NCBI GenBank assembly: GCA_964458565.1
Contig: CAYWJO010000001.1
Span: 96,001 to 160,000 of the forward strand
From: an uncultured archaeon
GTDB lineage: Archaea; Asgardarchaeota; Thorarchaeia; Thorarchaeales; Thorarchaeaceae
Reading direction: 5' to 3'
DNA: 64,000 nucleotides
Shown: piece by piece, positions 60,036-64,000 of the stretch
Position numbering within the stretch: the stretch's first letter is position 1
Layout of the letters: the number at the start of each line of letters is the position of its first letter
The notes under the pieces: model-generated
Told to the model about the DNA's origin: nothing
Seen by the model: the letters and a program-made list of their open reading frames with translations, nothing else
The model's database searches: none
Translations under genes and position numbers: made by a program

Positions 60036-61043
60036 ATGAATTACATGAATCAGAGAAGCTTGCATAGAAATGCAATACTAAGTGTAATCTTAGTGCTCAC
60101 TCTATTTGGATTGATTCCCTTTAATGTCAATGCTCAGACAGACAACATTCTGATGAATAATACTACAGTCCGGAGTTCTATGTTATCTAATGGAACAACA
60201 ATCATAGAATATTCTTCAACAGTAGTGAATCGAGGCACGACCGACATAAATCGATTAGAATTACGATTTGATGTTCGCACACTTGTCATTTATCATGGAG
60301 CCTCTAGTTCAGAAGTCAGCAGTATTTCAGCAACACCAATCGATACATACAACGTGCTTCTGGTACAACTCGCAGCCCCCTTACTATCAGGTGCTACCAC
60401 TAATGTGTTTTTAAAATTCAAAACAACTGACCTTCAAGAACAATACGGAATATGCCCGGATACAGGTCTATGTCTACACAACATGATTTTCTATTTGCGA
60501 CCTACGTATGAACATAGGAATTTTACATATATTGCGAAAATACCAACTCATGCAGTTCTAGCAGATGACACTTCACCTCTATTTCCTGAAGCTGACGGGA
60601 ATTTCACTGACGGGAATACTCTAGGATTCTCTTGGTTTATAGAAAAAATCCTTCCAGGACAAGAGAGAGTCTTTATTGTAAAGTACGGACATTTAGTCAC
60701 GGCACAGGCACCAGTAGAAATACCAACAGATATGACACTATTACTAATTATTGCACTTTTTTCAGGAGCGCTGATAGCAGTTGTGATAGAAAGAACACCC
60801 AAGTTACTAGCCCAACTCAGAAAACAGGAGAAATCACTTATTGTTGGTGTAACAAGTCACGAGAATGATGTGCTACGTCTATTAAAACGCAAAGGTGGGT
60901 CCTGTCCTCAACGGTTAATCTACGAGGAGCTAGATATGTCACAGTCGCTAGCGAGTATGATTCTGACAGGTCTTGAGGAACGTGGATTGATTAAGAGATT
61001 AAGAGATGGACGGGAGAATATGGTTCATATCATTGAGGACTAG
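60036..61043 (+). CDS. Membrane-anchored transcriptional regulator (extracellular domain, TM, cytoplasmic wHTH)
   Basis: Signal peptide, beta-rich domain, TM helix, then E..VL.LL...GG...Q..I..EL.MS.S..S.IL..LEERGLI.R..DGREN. Confidence 0.8.
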   Translation: MNYMNQRSLHRNAILSVILVLTLFGLIPFNVNAQTDNILMNNTTVRSSMLSNGTTIIEYSSTVVNRGTTDINRLELRFDVRTLVIYHGASSSEVSSISATPIDTYNVLLVQLAAPLLSGATTNVFLKFKTTDLQEQYGICPDTGLCLHNMIFYLRPTYEHRNFTYIAKIPTHAVLADDTSPLFPEADGNFTDGNTLGFSWFIEKILPGQERVFIVKYGHLVTAQAPVEIPTDMTLLLIIALFSGALIAVVIERTPKLLAQLRKQEKSLIVGVTSHENDVLRLLKRKGGSCPQRLIYEELDMSQSLASMILTGLEERGLIKRLRDGRENMVHIIED

Positions 61044-61960
61044 GATTCGACTTTGAGACCAAGTCGTTTCCAATTTGGCTCGCTCTTTCGTTGTATATAC
61101 TGTAAATGCGTTTCTAAACCAAACTCTTCAGGTTCATGACCAAATGCTAATGCAAGAAGTTCAGATACATGAATTATATCGTATTTATACTCAACTTCGA
61201 AATGTTTCTGAATTTCCACCTGTCCTAAATCAAGCTGTAGCTCACAGAATGGACAAGGTGTAACTATCATATCAGCACCACCCGCAGCCTCCAGACTATC
61301 AAATTTCTGCTTTGTGAAATCTAGAGCAACCTTCACATCTGCTGTTCGCACTGCGCCTCCTGCACCACAACAAATTAGTTCGTCCTTATACGGCACATAT
61401 TCAGCACCGGATGCTTCGCAGAGATCTCTAAAAATGTGCGGATGTTCGGAATCGTCTTTCTGCTTCACATTCTTTGGCCTCATCCAGTGACATCCAGGAT
61501 GAAGGGCCATTCTTACACCTTTGAAGGGTCTTGTGACTCGCTCCCTGATTTTTTCAATGCCTACCATACTATATAGAGCATCAACATAATGATACACTTC
61601 AATGGATCCTTTGAATTCTCGTCCAACTTCAGCTAGAGCTACATTGACTGCGGCACGAAGTTCATCGTCATGCTTGAGCTCATGATTTGCATCCCAGAGT
61701 GAAGCAAAACATCCGTTACAGCCGGTTGTGATTGGATGTCCACCTTGCTCAGCAATTGTGAGATTCCTTGCCGCTATTGAAGCCCAAGTGACTCTGTCAA
61801 ATGAACCAAAAACACCAGGAGCAGGACAACAAGTTGCACCTTCCATATCTAAAAGGTCCATTCCGAGATCGGCAAAGACCAATTCGGTTGCTTTCTGAAT
61901 ACTAGGATATCTATGGGGAATAATACATCCTAAGAAATGATAGAATTTAGGATTAGTCAT
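61040..61960 (-). CDS. hdrB: Heterodisulfide reductase subunit B
   Basis: FLGC.IP.RYP, TCCPAPGVF.S, T.CNGCF.SL, H.GCH..RP, CCGAGG.VR, CPFC.LQLD.GQ. Confidence 0.95.
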   Translation of the reverse strand: MTNPKFYHFLGCIIPHRYPSIQKATELVFADLGMDLLDMEGATCCPAPGVFGSFDRVTWASIAARNLTIAEQGGHPITTGCNGCFASLWDANHELKHDDELRAAVNVALAEVGREFKGSIEVYHYVDALYSMVGIEKIRERVTRPFKGVRMALHPGCHWMRPKNVKQKDDSEHPHIFRDLCEASGAEYVPYKDELICCGAGGAVRTADVKVALDFTKQKFDSLEAAGGADMIVTPCPFCELQLDLGQVEIQKHFEVEYKYDIIHVSELLALAFGHEPEEFGLETHLQYIQRKSEPNWKRLGLKVES

Positions 61961-62508
61961 TGTTCAGCCTCCTGCTTGTCAGCGACCAACTTATCAAAAC
62001 CAGTCTTCTTTGCAATTTTCATGATCTCCTCAATCGCTTCGGGATGGCTACTGGCATTTGGGGGTCGGGTTGGAAGATGAACCTTCTCTCGTAATTTCTC
62101 CCAAGTTTCACTATCAAGAGGCACAGCATGTCCTGTTTCGAGAACCTTCTGTGCTACTTTTTGATGAGGTTTGAGCATATACCCTTCTGCAACAGCCACA
62201 TTCCGGATTGCTTTAATTACATCAGTTGGTGCAACATCTTGAGGACATCTATCGGTGCATGTATAGCAGGTTGTACAATACCAGAGTTCAGGGGAAGAGA
62301 TACACTGTTCTTTGAGTCCTAAGAGTGCTTTTCTGATTATACCACGAACAAGATAATTCGTCCTTACACCAGCAGGACAACTTCCAGAACAAGTTCCGCA
62401 CTGGTAGCAACTCTGTATGTTTGGTCCGCCAGTTTTCTTAATCATCTGGACGAATCCAGTATCGACTTCATCGATATCGATTGCGAATTTATCTTCAGTA
62501 CTAGTCAA
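61957..62508 (-). CDS. hdrC: Heterodisulfide reductase subunit C
   Basis: CYQCGTCSGSCP and LW.CTTCYTC.DRCP ferredoxin motifs; TGHAVP. Confidence 0.95.
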   Translation of the reverse strand: MTSTEDKFAIDIDEVDTGFVQMIKKTGGPNIQSCYQCGTCSGSCPAGVRTNYLVRGIIRKALLGLKEQCISSPELWYCTTCYTCTDRCPQDVAPTDVIKAIRNVAVAEGYMLKPHQKVAQKVLETGHAVPLDSETWEKLREKVHLPTRPPNASSHPEAIEEIMKIAKKTGFDKLVADKQEAEQ

Positions 62509-62582
62509 GAGAGTGCACCGACACTTTGTCCTTCCAAGATTTTCAGCCTTAAATCCATTGTCAAATGGTAAAGAGTTTGACC

Positions 62583-62759
62583 CTATTCAAGCTCTTTAAA
62601 CCAAGAGAGATGGGTTCTGCGTATTTCAAATCCAAATCTCTTGTACATCCGATTAGCTTCTCTACGTCCTAACCCACTACCTGCGATAGCTTAATCCAGA
62701 CCTCTTGTTTTCAGCTCTTTCAATAATTCATGAAAGAGCATGTACCCAACCCCGCTATT
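62583..62759 (-). pseudogene. Remnant of a GNAT N-acetyltransferase C-terminal half
   Basis: Translates NSGVGYMLFHELLKELKTRGLD*AIAGSGLGRREANRMYKRFGFEIRRTHLSWFKELE*; motif A (xxGxG..L) and motif B (A..MYKRFGF), internal TAA at 62691-62693, no 5' part. Confidence 0.65.
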
Positions 62760-63903
62760 TTATGAGTATGGGACAAGCAAAGATTCATCATTAATAGAGT
62801 CTAAAAGTAGTACAATGTCGACATTTTGTCCTTCACATAAAAAAGGAGAAAGAATCGCATCGAGTGCAATAGGTTATTGTGGATCATGTCTTTCTAGTCA
62901 TACAGCATATATGCAACATGCACTAGAAAACCATCGTTCAATTAGAACGCAAGAGGGTCTTATTGCATCAGTCCCTTCCGAAGGAGCTATTGTCTGTCCA
63001 GACTGTGGAAATCATTGTAGACTCATTGAGGGGGAAACTGGATTCTGCCATCTCAGAAGGGCTAGTGAAGGGCAGGTGACTGAAAAATATTCAGGAAAGA
63101 CAATAGTGTCATGGTATTTTGATCCTTTACCAACAAACTGTGTTGCGGATTGGGTCTGCCCTGTGACTAATTGTGAAGAGATTGGTTTTGGAAAAGAGAG
63201 ACTGAATAATCTCGCAGTCTTCTATGGCTCATGCAACTCGGATTGTCTTTTCTGCCAAAATGCTAGTTATCGCGAGATGATGGTAAGAGGAAGCCCTCTA
63301 CAGACACCTAGAGAACTCGCGGATGCAGCAAATGATAAGACCGCATGTGTCTGTTACTTTGGTGGAGACCCAGCATGCAATCCTGAGCACTCTCTGAAGA
63401 CTTCACAACTTCTCTATCAGGAGAGAGGAATAAGGGTGTGCTATGAAACTAACGGAAACATCTCAAGAAAGTGGCTACATTCAATAACAGATATTATACG
63501 TGAGAGTGGTGGCACAATGAAATTTGACCTGAAGGCAATCACTCCACAACTCTATACCGCACTCACTGGTGTTTCTAATCAAACGGTGTTGAATAATTTC
63601 AAACATCTTGCAGCCCAGGCTAGAGATAGAGAAGGGGAATTTCTGGTGGCTAGTATCCTTCTAATACCAGGATATATTGGAGTCGCGGAAGTTCGGAGAA
63701 TTTGCGAATTCATTGCTAAATGTGATTCAAGTATTCCAACTGCGCTCCTAGGCTTTTATCCACATCATGCTATGAAGGACCTTCCGAGAACTAGCCTTAG
63801 ACACGCGAATTCAGCTCTTCTTGAAGCACAGGAAGCTGGACTCTCTAATGTGAGGATTGGAAATGTTCACCTTCTCTCAAATGAGAAGTATGCATTTGAC
63901 TAA
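62740..63903 (+). CDS. Radical SAM protein, PFL-activating enzyme-like
   Basis: C..CGNHC....G.TGFC..R, DPLPTNC, CNSDCLFCQN (CxxxCxxC), YFGGDP, ETNG; start probably near 62815. Confidence 0.88.
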   Translation: MYPTPLFYEYGTSKDSSLIESKSSTMSTFCPSHKKGERIASSAIGYCGSCLSSHTAYMQHALENHRSIRTQEGLIASVPSEGAIVCPDCGNHCRLIEGETGFCHLRRASEGQVTEKYSGKTIVSWYFDPLPTNCVADWVCPVTNCEEIGFGKERLNNLAVFYGSCNSDCLFCQNASYREMMVRGSPLQTPRELADAANDKTACVCYFGGDPACNPEHSLKTSQLLYQERGIRVCYETNGNISRKWLHSITDIIRESGGTMKFDLKAITPQLYTALTGVSNQTVLNNFKHLAAQARDREGEFLVASILLIPGYIGVAEVRRICEFIAKCDSSIPTALLGFYPHHAMKDLPRTSLRHANSALLEAQEAGLSNVRIGNVHLLSNEKYAFD

Positions 63904-64000
63904 AAAGAAATATGACCTATCCAGCATTCTTATAACGCCTCATACTAGGTCAGCTTATTCGGAGGTTTCCTTGTGACTGACTCCATAACTCGTGAAACAA

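Noticed and set aside
1-64000. CRISPR array, tRNA/rRNA genes, transposases or integrases
   Set aside because: No regularly spaced repeats, cloverleafs or mobile-element motifs were seen in the intergenic regions or ORFs

Overview
Gene-dense, ~40% GC archaeal chromosome segment, almost certainly from an Asgard archaeon (a bona fide actin gene sits alongside archaeal informational genes; Thorarchaeia-like is my guess). It holds tyrS, the actin gene, a wHTH-CARF/Mini-III RNase pair, an HD dNTPase, t6A/KEOPS genes, the hutI/hutH/hutU histidine-degradation genes, an ECF transporter, the archaeal exosome-proteasome superoperon (psmA, SBDS, rrp4/41/42, rpl37ae, Brix, pcc1, pfdB), a Zn/Mn ABC transporter, hdrA, hdrCB and a two-subunit ATP-citrate lyase. 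I found no rRNA, tRNA, CRISPR array or intact transposase. The main discovery is that the actin ORF looks truncated only because it is interrupted by a 30-nt, stop-containing insert (13606-13635) that folds into a canonical bulge-helix-bulge (BHB) splicing motif. Cutting at the standard EndA positions restores the frame and the conserved actin C-terminus ([23 protein letters not shown], 379 aa), so this is a candidate tRNA-type intron in an Asgard actin mRNA. All protein calls come from motif recognition by eye, not database searches.
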